A stretch of DNA of 64,000 nucleotides from Isurus oxyrinchus. Its lineage: Eukaryota. Positions 12,494 to 25,579 of this stretch are shown here, one piece after another (positions within the stretch are counted from its first letter, which is position 1; each line of letters opens with the position of its first letter). The stretch covers positions 620,001 to 684,000 of the forward strand of contig JANJGN010000152.1 in the NCBI GenBank assembly GCA_026770705.1, written 5' to 3'. The notes beneath the pieces are model-generated. The model made no database searches. It was not told where the DNA came from and saw only the letters and a program-made list of their open reading frames with translations. Position numbers and translations under genes: made by a program.

Positions 12494-12929
12494 GGGTTAC
12501 CCCTGCAGTTTCATAAACAATACTTTTGCCATTTTTTTCACTTTAAACCACTTTCTCCAGAGGCAAAATGACCTATCCAGCCAATTAAAACAACCATTGC
12601 CATTGGCTACAACATGAAATTGACAGGTTGGTGAAATAGTACCAAAAGCTGTGAAATGCAAAATTCAATTTCCAAAACCCACCAATCAAATCACTGTGGT
12701 TCCTGCAAACCTTTTAAGGCAGCACATGGCAGATATTCATGACGGAAAATATTTGACCAACATAAAATTCTTCCACTTTCATGTCACATTTTTAAATTCC
12801 TAATCTCCAACTCAGACATTTCCAGTTCTATTTAATACCCACGTGGAGCTTTAACTCTGTTTCTCGTTCCGCTGATTATGGCCGACTTGCTATACATTTC
12901 ATGTTTTAATAAAGCCAGGAATTGGTGCT

Positions 12930-13790
12930 CTAATAAAAACAGGGGGCGCTGAAGTTCACAACAGGCCTGGCAGCATCTGTAGAGACAGAAACAGAGTTAA
13001 CATTTCCGGACAATATGATGTCTTCAGAACTGAAAGGAGGTAGAAATGTGATGGGTTTTATGCTGTTGCCCAGGGTGGGTGGAGCAGATGGAGCAAAATA
13101 GAAGGTCAGGGATTGTTTGGAGGTCAGGAGGGATTCAATGACAAAAATGTCATGGAACACAAGTCAAAGGAAATGTTTATGATATCATTAAAGACTAAAG
13201 CATGTGTTAATATCTAAACAAGGGTCAGCACTGACTGGAAGCAAAATAGCAGAATGTGTTAATAGCAGGAAAAGGGTCAGGGCTGTCTGAAAGCAAAACA
13301 TGAGAAAAAGATGCAGACTGGCTCTTGGGGGGTTGGGAGCTGCAGGGAAATTAAAATGGAGGGCAGAGTTCATAATGTGAACTTATTGACCTCAATGTTG
13401 AGTCCAGAAGGCTGTAGAGTGCCTAATGAGAAGATGAGGTGCTGTTCCTCGTTTGCGTTGGGCTTCACTGGAACATTGTAGAAGGCCCAGGACAGAAATG
13501 TGAGCGTGAGAGCAAGATGGTGACAGGCAGGCCTGGGTCAAGCTTGTGGGCTGTGAAGGTGTTTGGCAAAACGGGCAGTCAGTCTGTGCTTACTCTCCTT
13601 AGTGTAGAGGAGACCACATTGTGAGCAGTGAATACAACAGTCTGAATTGTAAGAAGTGCAAATAAATCTCTGCTTCACCTGGAAGGAGTGTTTGGGGACT
13701 TGGACGGTGAGAAGGGAGGAGGTAAAGGGGCAGGCTTTGCACATCGTGCGATTATATAGGAAGGTGCCATGGGAAGGGGTTAAGGTTTTG
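12930..13790 (-). mobile_element. Penelope-like retroelement remnant
   Basis: Inverse homolog of 46500-47165 (gaggaacagcacctcatctt motif); family assignment from memory of shark repeats. Confidence 0.5.
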
Positions 13791-13847
13791 GGGGTAACTT
13801 TTTCAAATCAGTAATTGATTTCTGGTTGTGATATTGTTGCACAACAG

Positions 13848-13908
13848 TGAGAGCGGGGATCAAACCTGGGCGATGAAAGCCCGAATCCAAACCACTAGGT
13901 CACCAGGG
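13848..13908 (-). pseudogene. tRNA-Glu(TTC) pseudogene
   Basis: gggatcaaacctggg...tgaaagcccgaatccaaaccactaggtcaccaggg; internal deletion. Confidence 0.55.
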
Positions 13909-14239
13909 TATTTGTGTAACATCTTGTTTCGCGAATGCAGCTGTCAACCCAAACATTGATGGTTTGATACCATCTAGGGCCAGTAGATTCTCTCTATTCC
14001 TGCTTCTACATATATTACTGACAGAGTTCTGCGCTGTGTCCTTTGGCTACAAAAATATTGTCCAAACTTTGCCAGTCCTGCTGTTATCCCAAGTACCTTC
14101 CCAGACAAATAATTTTACGAACGTTTATTTCCAAGAAAATAAGTTAAATTAGATCAAACATATGCATAACATCCAACCCATTAGAAATATTGGGTTCAAA
14201 GCAACAAATAGAAATTGATTCTATGATTGCACATATTCA

Positions 14240-15170
14240 TAAGACCATAAGACATAGGAGCAGAAATTAGGCCATTCGGCCCAACGAGTCTGCTCCGCCA
14301 TTCAATCATGGTTGATAAGTTTCTCAACCCCATTTTTCTGCCTTCTCCCCGTAACCTTTGATACCCTTACCAATCAAGAACCTACCTATCTCGGTCTTAA
14401 ATACGCTCAATGACGTGACCTCCACAGCCTTCTGTGGCAATGAATTCCATAGATTCACCACTCTCTGGCTAAAGAAGTTTCTCCTCATCTCTGTTCTAAA
14501 AAGTCTTCCCTTTACTCTGAGGCTGTGCCCTCGGGTCCTACTAATGGAACATCTTCCCCAAGTCCACTCTATCCAGGCCTTTCAGTATTCTGTAAGGTTC
14601 AATCAGATCCCCCCTCATCCTTCTAAACTCCATCGAGTATAGACCCAGAGTCCTCAAACATTCCTCATATGTTAAGCCTTTCCTATCTGGGATCGTTCTC
14701 GTGAACCTCCTCTGGACATTCTCCAGGGCCAGCACATCCTTCTTGAGATACGGGGCCCAAAATTGCTCACAATATTCTAAATGTGGTCTGACCAGAGCCT
14801 GATAAAGCCTCAGCAGCACATCCCTGCTTTTATATTCTTGTCGTCTCGAAATGAATGCAAACATTGCATTTGCCTCCCTAACTACTGACTCAACCTGCAA
14901 GTTAACCTTAAGAGAATCCTAGACTAGAACTCCCAAGCCCGTTTGCACTCCAGATTTCTGAATTCTCTCCCCATTTAAAACATAGTCTATGCCTCTATTC
15001 TTCCTACCAAAGTGCATGACCTCACACGTTGTATTCCATCTGCCACTTCTTTGCCCATTCTCCTAACCTGTCTAATTCCTTCTGCAGCCTCCCCGCCTCC
15101 TCAATACTACTTGTTCCTCCACATATCTTTGTATCATCTGCAAACTTAGCCTCAGTTCCTTCATCTAGAT
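14240..15170 (-). mobile_element. CR1-clade LINE 3' fragment
   Basis: LYQALVRPHLEYCEQFWAP...LGLYSMEFRRMRGDLI; short repeat tail cataagac at 14240. Confidence 0.9.
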
Positions 15171-15299
15171 TGTTATCTAACTGGAAAATACCATCGCACC
15201 GAATGAATCCACTGTCTGTTTACATGTTCCTCAGTGAAAATGTCAATCATCCTTGACTTTGTGGCATACAGGCACTGAAAGCAGCCTGGATTCAAAGAA

Positions 15300-15940
15300 T
15301 ATGTGAAGATATGAACTAGGAGTAGGCCACTCGGCCATTCAAGCCTGCTTTCCGCCATTCAATAAGTTCATGCCTGATCTGATTGTAACCTCCCACCGAC
15401 CTCCTGATAATGATCAATAATCTATCTAGCTCTGCCTTCAAAACCTTCAAAGACTCTGCTTCCACTGCCTTTTGAGGAAGAGAGTTCCAAAGACTCACGA
15501 CCCTCTGAGAGAAAAAAAATTCTCTCATCTCTGTCTTCAATGAAGGATCCCTTATTTTTAAACAGTGACCTCTAGTTCTATATTATCCCACAAGAGGAAA
15601 CATCCTCTCCACATTCATCCTGTCAAGGCCCCTCAGGATCTCAAAGATTTCAGTCAAGTTGCTTCTTAGCCTTCTAAACTCCAGCAGATACAAGCCTAGC
15701 CTGTCCAGCCTTTCCTCATAAGACAACCTGATCATTCTTGGTATTAGTCCAGTAAACCTTCTCTGAACTACTTCTAACGCATTTACACCTTTCCTTAAAT
15801 AAGGAGGCCAATAATCTACACAATACTCCAGATATGGTCTCACCAGTGTCCTGTACAACTGAAGCATAATCTTCTTATCTCAAATCCCCTCATATTAAAT
15901 TATGACATTCTATTAGCTTTCCTAATTACTTGCTTTACCT
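15300..15940 (-). mobile_element. CR1-clade LINE 3' fragment
   Basis: LYRTLVRPYLEYCVDYWPPY...LGLYLLEFRR. Confidence 0.88.
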
Positions 15941-16132
15941 AAATAGTTCATCTTTTTAAAAATTTCTTTTGAACCTTCTGAATCACATAACCTTCGCACA
16001 TCCCGAAGCTATACTCCATGTTCCATCCTTGTTGCCCAGATCTGTCCTAAATCTCTTTTCAGCCTACATACTCCCCTGTACCTTCCCCACAGCTTACATT
16101 TCCACTGCTTTCATCAGCTAAACTTTGACTAC

Positions 16133-16206
16133 AGGCACCAGCAAGGACCGAACTCACAGCACCTGGTTTGTGAAATCAGTATTTTAATGGGCTATGCCAA
16201 TGGCTC
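16133..16206 (-). pseudogene. tRNA-Thr-like pseudogene
   Basis: Minus strand ...aaaccaggtgctgtgagttcggtccttgctggtgcct resembles the 3' half of tRNA-Thr; anticodon degenerate. Confidence 0.4.
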
Positions 16207-16589
16207 TAGTATGTACAAAAATGTTAATCCCGTCGTGCAACTTTTAAGCCGGATGTTTTTCTCTGTACCATTTACCATGAAGATACATAACGAAAGTGAA
16301 TTATGTTTGCGATGGCAAAAATGTGTTTACCCACTCAGGGACTGAACCATACTGACACACGACGAGGAACACACACAGACATAGACACCAATAGTGACAG
16401 AGGCCGAAGGAAAGACAAAGATCCAAAAATAAAGGATGTCACCAAATTGGCTCCATATTTGTTCCATTTGTAATGGCAAATTTGGTGAATGCCTGCGGAT
16501 GAACGGAAATGAAAAACACACGGGATCATTTGAAAGATTCTTTAGTCCATTTCATAGATAATTAATTCTGTAACTTAAGCAAATTGATA

Positions 16590-18135
16590 CAGTGAGTGAC
16601 AAGGTATTGGAGGTGTTGGCAGGCTTAAAAGTGGACAGATCTCCAGGTCCGGATGATTTGTGTCCCAGACTGCTGAGGGAGGCAAGGGAGGAGATCGCAG
16701 GGGCTCTGACCCAAATTTTTAATTCCCCTCTGGCCACGGGGGAGGAGCCAGAGGACTGGAGCACAGCTAATGTGGTTCCGCTATTTAAGAAGGGTTGTAG
16801 AGAGAAGCCAGGGAACTATAGGCCGGTGGGTCTTATGTCAGTGGTAGGGAAACTATTGGAGAAATTCTGAAGGAGAGCATCTATCTCCACTTGGAGAGGC
16901 AAGATTTGATCAGGGATAGTCAGCATGGCTTTGTCAGAAGGAGGTCATGCCTAACAAATTTGATTGAATTTTTTGAGGAGGTGACCAGGTGTAGATGAGG
17001 GTACTGCAGTTGATGTAGTATATATGGATTTCAGCAAAGGCTTTGACAAGGCCCCACATGGGAGACTTAGAAAGAAGGGTAATTTGCTAAGGTGGATCCA
17101 AATTGGCTTCGCTAAAGGAAGCAGAGGGTAATGACAGAAGGATGCTTTAGTGACTGGAAGCCAGTGTCCAGTGGCGTACCACAGGGATCTGTGCTTGGTC
17201 CGGGGGTGGGGATAGGATTAGAAAGTTTACAGATGGCACTAAGATTGGCCAGGTGGTTAACAGTGAGGTTGAGTGTCTTGGGCTGCAGGAAGACATAGGC
17301 GGGATGGTCAAATGGGCAGATAAGTGGCAGATGGAATTTAACCCTGAAAAGTGTGAGGTGATACACTTTGGAAGGTGTAATTTGACAAGGAAGTATTCAA
17401 TGAATGGCAGGAATTTCTGAGGAATAAAGGGACTTTGGCGTGTGTGTCCATAGATCTCTGAAGGTGGAGGGGCATTTTAGTGTGGTAGTGAAAAAGGCAT
17501 ATGGGGTACTTGCCTTTATCAGTCGAGGCATAGGTTACAAAAGTAGGGAGGTCATGTTGGAGTTGTATAGAACTTAGTGAGGCCACAGCTGGAGTACTGT
17601 GTGCAGTTCTGGTCGCCACATTATAGGAAAGATGTGATTGCACTGGAGGGGGTACAGAGGAGATTCACCAGGATGTTGCCTGGGATGAAACATTTAAGTT
17701 ATGAAGAGAGGTTGGATAGGCTTGGGTTGTTTTCACTGGAGCAGAGAAGACTGAGGGGCGACCTGATCGAGGTGTACAAGATTATGAGAGGCATGAACAG
17801 GGTGGATAGGGAGCAGCTGTTCCCCTCAGTTGAAGTGTCATTCACAAGGGGGCTTAAGTTCAATATGAGGGGCAGGAGGTTTAGGGGGGATGTGAGGAAA
17901 AACTCTTCTACCCAGAGGGTGGTGACGGTCTGGAATGCACTGCCTGGGAGGGTGGTGGAGTTGCCTTACATCCTTTAAAAAGTACCTGGATGAGCACTTG
18001 GTACATCATAACACTCAAGGCTATGGGCCAAATGCTGGTAAATGGGATTAGGTAGGTAGGTCCGGTGTTTCTCACGTGTCAGTGCAGACTCGATGGGCCG
18101 AAGGGCCTCTTCTGTGTGATTCTGTGATTCTGTGA
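16590..18135 (+). mobile_element. CR1-clade LINE (RT region to 3' tail)
   Basis: SPGPDDLCPRLLRE, NVVPLFKKG, PGNYRPV, RPQLEYCVQFWSP; (gattctgt)n tail near 18120. Confidence 0.92.
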
Positions 18136-18452
18136 ACTCATTCTTAAAACAGGAATAGTGAGAAATGTAGTTTGGTAGTATTTGAACCTACATCAGGGAA
18201 ATCTAAAGGATTTCCAACCCATTTCCTGAGCAACTCAGCTCTGCACTCAGGCGCCATGTGCCTCTTAATGCTCTGTACATAAAATCAGAGAATGGCTTTG
18301 CAGAGAATAAAGACGTGGCCCCAGCTATTCCTCGCTGCCCTGCAATTCCTCCTGCCTCTTTTCGATCTTCCCTCCAGAATGGAGCACTATACTTGTCCCA
18401 AGCACACACTGAAGGATTTGGCTAAATTGACTGAAAATATGAACCATCTGAA

Positions 18453-18535
18453 ACTCAGTGGTGGGATTCAAACCCCACGCCTCCATAGAAACTGGAGCTT
18501 AAATCCAGCACCTTCAGCCATTCAGCTTCACCACC
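18453..18535 (-). pseudogene. tRNA-Leu pseudogene (long variable arm)
   Basis: cagtggtgggattcaaaccccacgcctccatagaaactggagcttaaatccagcacctt matches reverse-complement tRNA-Leu (TAG/AAG type); D arm and acceptor stem decayed. Confidence 0.7.
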
Positions 18536-19091
18536 ACGATCAATTCCGAAATTGTCATTGCCTTGACAGAAAATTTCAATCATCCTCCACCTTGTAGCAT
18601 ATGGGGACTCGGTAATGGAATAGTCTCCACTGAAAAAGAAACATCCAGAAAGAAACAATTTCCTCTTGCATTTTTCCAACGTGCTTTTTCTCTCTGAACC
18701 TTTTTAATATGAAGCTACACAGCTAATGTGAATGAAGCTTGTGGTGGTAAAACTGTGTCCACCCCCTTGTGGAACTGAACCGAATTGATTCATTCCTGAT
18801 CTGATCCACTCGCTGTGCAACAAAGAAGCCCCTTTAAAATTGTAGACTTTATCTTCTGTTTCCTCTCCTCTCCGACCAACATGAATCATTTCACAGTTCC
18901 TCCCATCAAATTTCAGCTGCCACTTGTCCATCCAAATGGATTTGTTGAAGGTGCCGAAAGGAGAACCGACTCAAACTGGGAATGAAAGAGTGAGAATGAA
19001 GGAAGAGAAGTGACGGGTTTTGTGGATCCTGGGGGAAAGAGACTCCGGGATCAGTTCATTGTGACAGTTCACACAGAACAAGAAAACAACA

Positions 19092-19140
19092 TTCCCTGAT
19101 GAGGGCCGAACCCGGGCGGCAGGAGTGGGAGCGCTGAATA
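19092..19140 (-). pseudogene. Partial tRNA-Glu pseudogene
   Basis: ttccctga...gaacccgggcggcaggagtgggagcgctgaat. Confidence 0.5.
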
Positions 19141-19973
19141 ACAGTAATTTTAGTTAAAACACAGAAGGTTTGTTCAGCCAATTACAGCATAGAGTGTGTT
19201 CAACATGAACATGAAGTTAACAGTGAGGGGAAATTGTGCCACAAGCTGCGGATGTACAACTTTCAATTTCCAAAACCCACCAACAGAATCAATGCGGCTC
19301 CTCTGAAACTTTCAAGGCATATATTGATCCTCTATCAGGTGCTTTTACCAAAACTATCCACAGTCCTCCTAGTCTGACCTAACCAGGGCTTTGTATAGCT
19401 GCAGCAAACCTTTCCCACTTTTCTCTAACAGTCTCTGTAACAGGTTGTACAGCAAGGGGAATTAGATTGTACAGAGCGCCTGAAAAAAATGATGACATGC
19501 TTGATCTCAGTAAACTTCTTTTGAAAGTTCGGTATGAAATCAGCTGCATAAATACATTTTTTTGGTTCGAAAACTATATGAGATTTTCGAGTCCAACTCT
19601 TGATGTTATTGGGTCAGGGAAACTTTGTTAATGATCACGCAGTGCGCGTGGGCACTGCAGAAACTCCTGCACTTCTTTCAATATTGTTTCTCTTCACTCA
19701 GAGTTTTCAAAAGGGAGCTGGACAATGACTTTAAAGCGAGAAAAAACAAGATTATGGAAAGCTCTTTGTAAAATTCTGTCATAGACACGATGGGCCGAAT
19801 TGTTTCCTAATGTGCTGTGTAATCTTATGATCACATTGTTGAATCAGTCTGACTCCAGCATTCCTATTTATAGCAGCTGAATCCATTTATTCAAAACAAA
19901 GACCCAAAGTGCTGCTGCATGGTGGCATAGGTTAACATTGTGGACAAGTCCATTGTGATCCCAGCAGTGTGTC

Positions 19974-20046
19974 GTTTCTGTGGTGTAGTGAGTATCATGT
20001 GCACCTAACATACAGAAAGTCCCTCATTCGAAGCTCGGCAAAAAAG
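19974..20046 (+). pseudogene. tRNA-Val(AAC) pseudogene
   Basis: gtttctgtggtgtagtgagtatcatgtgcacctaacatacagaaagtccctcattcgaagctcggc resembles vertebrate tRNA-Val-AAC with CpG decay. Confidence 0.65.
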
Positions 20047-21731
20047 AAGCTTTGCCAAAAGCCGTTTGTTAAGTGCTAATTTACTTGTGTTATAAAAGAC
20101 AGCATCATACAGCCACTTAATACCTCTTGTCAAGGTGAATAACATCCAACAAAATAAAAACAGCCGCCATTCCATCACACACGAACCACTGGAAGTTATT
20201 AAACATTTTCAACCGTCACTGGGCAGGTCGATTTGCAGTCAACAAAAAGGGATTATTGATGCAGATTAACATATTTACTCCCCGTCTCAAAGATTGGCTA
20301 ACAGCAACCGAAGGCAGGTGCAAGGATACTGTAACTGAAACTGAGGAAATGACAGACCTGCTGCAGAATCACCTTGCATCGGTCTTCAGAATAGAGGGAG
20401 AGGAAAAACTACGATGGAGGCGAGGAAATCGAGACTCAGTGTAGGTCTGGTGACACCCCTCCTTTTCTATTCAGTTGGGAAAGAAGATACATGACCGGAT
20501 TTAGGCACCAGAATGTAAAAGATGCCATGAACCTATTTGAAAGAAGAGCAGGGGAGTTTTCCCCTCTTCCTGGTCAATGTTTATCTCTCAATCAACTGTT
20601 TCCATGTATCCACAATGCATGTTCCACCCTTTTGTTTGGAAGAAGGAAACTTTTGAGAACAATTGCTAATGTGGCAGCAACAATCTGAAGTTTTAAATGG
20701 GTACCTTGCCAGATTGCTTTGCCAACTGTTTCTAAAGCGCAATTGTTCAGTATTTGGCTAATTAGTTGGTAGTTCGATCCATCCACGGGTGGAGTTTTCA
20801 CTTTAGCAGCATTCATTCCCCCACAGCTCTGGGTTATCAGGATCCACTTTACCTGAAAGAAAATATTTCACAATCGAGGCAAGTGTTTCTGTTATTTAGT
20901 GAATTCCCATGCAAGCAATTTTTTGTCATGTATATTCACGTCAAGTTTAATGAGAAAATGATTAGACCAACCATGTACCTATGTCTAACCCACTGGAAAT
21001 CTATGAAGTCATTGGATTCAAACAAACCCACTCGCTCCTCCTCCTCCAGCACCACAGTGAGTGGGACAGGGAAAAGCAGAAAAGCAGCAATATTCTGGCC
21101 CCGCACTCTCCAATCACCTGCTGCCAGCAGAAAGCGGCGACTGCAGCTTCAATCAGTGGGTTACTGCCCATCTCTGGTACGCAAGATATTCCAACCCGGG
21201 CTAATCCTCCCAACACACCGAGCACAGGCTCAGGAAAACACAGGTATATTATATCCCGGTCACTAAACCTCCGAGCATCATTTACAGAATACCCAAATGA
21301 GTGAGTCACAAATAAAAACAACGACAACGTTCTAAATATTTTCACTACAAAATTCTTTCCTTTGATTTAAAAGCTGACTGTGGTGGATCTGGAAATGAGA
21401 ACCATGGGATTTACGTTATGCACTGACTGGTTTTGCATTGTTTGTCTATCAGATTTGCAATTCAACTTGTGTTGGAGATTGAAGCGTATCTGATTTCAAA
21501 ACGTGGTCACAATGCAGGTAAATATTAAATCCAGGAACAAATCCTGAGGAAACTGGATCACAATGTTTGAAAGGAGGTGCAGCTGAGAAGCAGAAGCTGT
21601 GAATGATGTTATTGATGATTGATGGGAAAGCATTGGACCCTTGGGCTTCTGGTGGTCAATTTCCTTCTCTACCATTGCATTCAGACAGTTATCTCACTGT
21701 GACCAGGGATATGGACATGTCATCACTACAT

Positions 21732-21800
21732 GTCCCGTTAGCTCAGTCGGTGGAGTTTAAGACCTTGAAACATCCTCGGTTTGAGCCATTCCTCCAAGGT
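21732..21800 (+). pseudogene. tRNA-Lys-like remnant
   Basis: A-box tagctcagtcggtggag and decayed B-box ggtttgagcc. Confidence 0.4.
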
Positions 21801-22504
21801 ATCACGGGGCTCAAAGTAAATCATTCTCCAGCACGCTATTATTCACATCATAATTGCAGGTTTATGAGTTAAAACTGTCACCAGCTTCACCGGAAGCACG
21901 GCAGGTATATGGCCTTGTGTACAATGAATAATGGTATTCAAAGTGGCAATTTCCATTCAAACCGCTTTACCAGCAAAACTGCTCAGAGTCAAAGGGTTAA
22001 AATAGACACTTACTGAGGAACTGAGAGACGTGGGTGCAGTTCAAACACAATCCAGATGAGAAAGATCAGATCTATATGATTAGGGGAGAGTATTGGAAAA
22101 CTCCTGCTGAACCTGATTCACATCAAAATGAGTGAATAGGAAAGATTGGATAGGATGGGTCTGTTTTTTTTGAACAGGGAAAGCGAAGGCCATTTAATTG
22201 AGGAATATCAAATTATAAGGATCGAGATGGAGAAGATAGAAAGGACCGATCTCCGTGAGCCGATCAATCAATAACCAGGGACATGGATTGAGAAAGAAAC
22301 AAATGCTCATATTTACAAAGTTCCTTTCACTACCACCGGAATCTCAAAGGGTTTTATAGGCAATTATGCACTTTTGAAGTATATTTGCTGTTGTAATGTA
22401 GGAAATGGAGCAAACCCCCACAAACAGCAGTGCATTAATGACCAGATAATATGTTCTTGTGGTATTGATTGAGGGATAAATATTGGGCAAGACACGAGAC
22501 TCTA

Positions 22505-23150
22505 TTACAGAGTCATAGAGGTCTACAGCACAGAAAAAGTCTCTTTGGCCCATCGAGTCCACGCCAGCCAAACAAGTACCTAACTATTCTAATCCCATTT
22601 TCCAGGGCGAGGCCCGTAGCCTTGTATGCCTTGGCATCACAAGTGCACGTCCAAATACTTCTTAAATGTTATGAAGGTTTCTGCCCCTACCACCCTGTCA
22701 AGCAGGGAGTTCCAGATTTCCACCACACTTGTGGGTGAAAAAATTCTTGTTCACATCCCCTCTAAACATTTTGCCCTTACCTGAAATCTATGCTCCCTTG
22801 TTATTGATCCCTCAACCAAGGGGAAAGGTTCCGTCCTGTATACCCTATCTATGCCCCTTATAATTTTTTACACCTCAATCAAGTTCCCCCTCAATCTCCT
22901 CTGCTCCAGGGAAAATAAGCCCAGTCTACCCAATTTCTCCTCATAACTAAAACCCTCCAGCCCAGGCAATAAACTGGTAAATCTGCTCTGCATTCTCTCA
23001 AGTGCAATCACATCCTTCCTATAATGCGGATTCCAGAATTGCAGGCAATACTCTAGCTATGGCCTAATCAGAATTTTATGCAGTTCCAGCATAATCTCCC
23101 TGCTCTTATATTCTATGCCTAGGCTAATAAAGGCAATGATCCCATTTGCA
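22505..23150 (-). mobile_element. CR1-clade LINE 3' fragment
   Basis: Reverse homolog of the 3' part of 16590-18135. Confidence 0.8.
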
Positions 23151-23699
23151 ATTTGTGGACAGTGGTGAGTTCGCTGCTCAGGTTAGCTCAGGTCTCCATA
23201 CTATAACATGTATTTAGAAGCAATGCAAGAAGCGAGCGATGGAGGTGATGCATGAAAGATTTATTGCGCTAATGCTACAGCTGACAGGTGATACCTATCA
23301 ATAAATATTGAACAGGCTGGAGACGTTTAATATGGAAATCTGAGTGAGCGGTGACTTGATCAGGGAATTTAAATCGCTTAAGTGTTTCTACACGTTAGAC
23401 GGGTGGAAGATTTTTCCACTTGTGCAACGACGAAAATAAATATAACTTAGTAATGAATCTAATGTGCAGTTCAAGATAAACTTCTTTAACCAGAGATAAA
23501 GACAGAAAATGCAGGAAATACTCAGCATAACAGTATCTAGAGAATAAGAAACAGGCTCAATGTCCGTGTAATGATCCAGTGCCATTCTAATGAAAAGACA
23601 TCGACCTGAAACTATGTCTCCCTTTCCACAAACACAACAGATCTGCTTAGTGTTTCGATTCAACAATTTCGACTCTCAATGGCTGGATGGTAACCAGCA

Positions 23700-24000
23700 T
23701 TCTCCGCGGGGAAGAATGCGTCCTACCAAGACGACAGGGAGATTGCTGCGCAGGCGTACTACCTAGCTGGAAGCTGAGCATGCGCAACGCGATCCCTGAC
23801 TGGTACATGCGCAGTGCGAGTTGTGGCAGGAGTTCGGCGGAGAAAAGAAAAACAATCGAGTGCGGTTGAGTAATGGAGCCGCTGGGTGGGTGGAGAGGAT
23901 TAGAGCCAGCGGAGTGGGCGGGGAGGATTCATAAACATCTGGTGGCGGCCTCAAACCCCCAACTACGAACCTAGCGATTCTGCGTTTGCGCGGAACGGGA
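23700..24000. promoter_or_regulatory. CpG-rich housekeeping-type promoter remnant
   Basis: Three NRF1-like motifs (tgcgcaggcgta 23747, gcatgcgca 23778, catgcgca 23806), GC box gggcgg, ZNF143-like aactacgaacctagc at 23961. Confidence 0.45.
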
Positions 24001-24013
24001 CAACTGTTGGCCT

Positions 24014-24238
24014 GATCTGGGTCACAGGCCCGACTGAGTGAAAGAGCCTGAAAATTTAACAGAGAGATTTTAATGGAGCATCAGAACCGAACCACAGAAC
24101 GGATTTAAAACCCAGGACAGTGTCTGTAATAGAGATGGATACGGGCAGCTTTATATTAAATCCAAACAATGTCGGTTTGTTTGATCGGTACTCACGGGGT
24201 AAACAGACACACACAGTGAAAAGAAGGAGGATTCCCAT
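24014..24238 (-). pseudogene. Orphan NAR-TCR V leader exon (24196-24238) plus V-exon stub (24014-24047)
   Basis: MGILLLFTVCVCLP|gtgagt; intron and upstream sequence homologous to 36154-37200; acceptor ttttcag at 24048; V stops after VTQI. Confidence 0.8.
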
Positions 24239-25094
24239 CTGCCTGGAGCTGAGGGTTTATATTCCGGGGAGCTGGAAGACTGCAACTTTGGACTGCACTG
24301 GGAGACCGGATCTCAGAGCTGGATTGAAATACTTTAGGGGGATCGAGTAAATTTGCACAGGGCAGTTTCGCTGAGATTATTGCCGCATGGTTCCCGGGTC
24401 GCTGGCTAAGTGTTGTGGAAATAAGAGACAGGTTTATTAAAGGAAACTGCAACTTTCTGACCCTTCATTTGGATAGTTATCCGGATGTGAAAACCCCTCC
24501 CACAATACTCTGGTGTACAGGGGTGGGGGAGGGGAGCTTTACTTTCTGTCAGTTGTGCTGCCGCCTTCCTTTCCCCACAGTGGTGAACTGGGAGGTCGGT
24601 GCATGTGTTTGTATTGGGTGGTGTTTGTTAAAGGTGGAATGTGGGCCCAGGACACCGGGAGAAAGCCCCCAATCCACTCTTACTCCAATATTCCGGAGAT
24701 TCTCCCAGTCATTTAGCCAAATGCTTCCTGCACCAGCTCTGCATTTAAAATGGCGTTTAATTTGAGCCATATTTGACTTCCAGATTGGGAATATTCAGAA
24801 TTTCTGTTTGCAGTAACTGAGAATGAAACGGCACTCGGGGGTACAACAGACCTTGGGGGGCTGTGCGCTTGGGTGCTCTCTTTAAAGATGACAGTCACTA
24901 CATTCTGTTCTGAAAACTGTTTATGGTGTACGATTATCTCTCAACCAGCAACAGCAATACTCAATCAAATAAACCCCGTGACAAGGCCGAAGTCAGAGGC
25001 TTCACGAAGCTGACAGCGGAGTTCGGGAAAAAGCTGCTCAACATTGCGGGCAGGTACGGAAATGCAATTAGAAGGCGAAACGAAAATTAAGAAC

Positions 25095-25425
25095 CGCAGC
25101 ACGTCACACAAACACGGCCGAATTCGTCACAAAAACGCGATCAACATTACGTCACACAAACATGGCCGACAGTACATCACACAAACCTGGCCGACAGTTT
25201 CGTCACGCAAACATGGCCGACAATACGTCACACAAACATGGCCGACCGTACGTCACAAAAACATGATCGACAGTTTCGTCACGCAAAGATGATCTACTGT
25301 ACGTCACACAAACCTGGCCGACAGCTTTGTCATACCAACATGGCCGACAGTACGTCACGCAAACATGACCGATAGTACTTCACACAAACATGGCCGGCTG
25401 TACGTCACACAAACATGGCCGATGA
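25095..25425. repeat. 25-bp minisatellite TACGTCACACAAACATGGCCGACAG
   Basis: ~13 tandem units. Confidence 0.9.
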
Positions 25426-25579
25426 CTTGAGATGCAATATGTAAAGTTACACTTTTTTCTGCTCGTCCGGCCAACTTCTGTCAGCTTTCTTAACGTGATA
25501 AAAATGCTGCTTTGAGAATAATAATTAGTGTAAATCACTGTTAAGAGTCACATATAAATGTGTCGTGCACATAAACTTA

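Noticed and set aside
21053-21085. CACAGTG heptamer as a possible D or J RSS
   Set aside because: No credible nonamer at 12 or 23 bp in the correct orientation and no adjacent coding segment
25095-25425. CRISPR-like appearance of short repeats
   Set aside because: Eukaryotic DNA; units are contiguous without unique spacers and there are no cas genes
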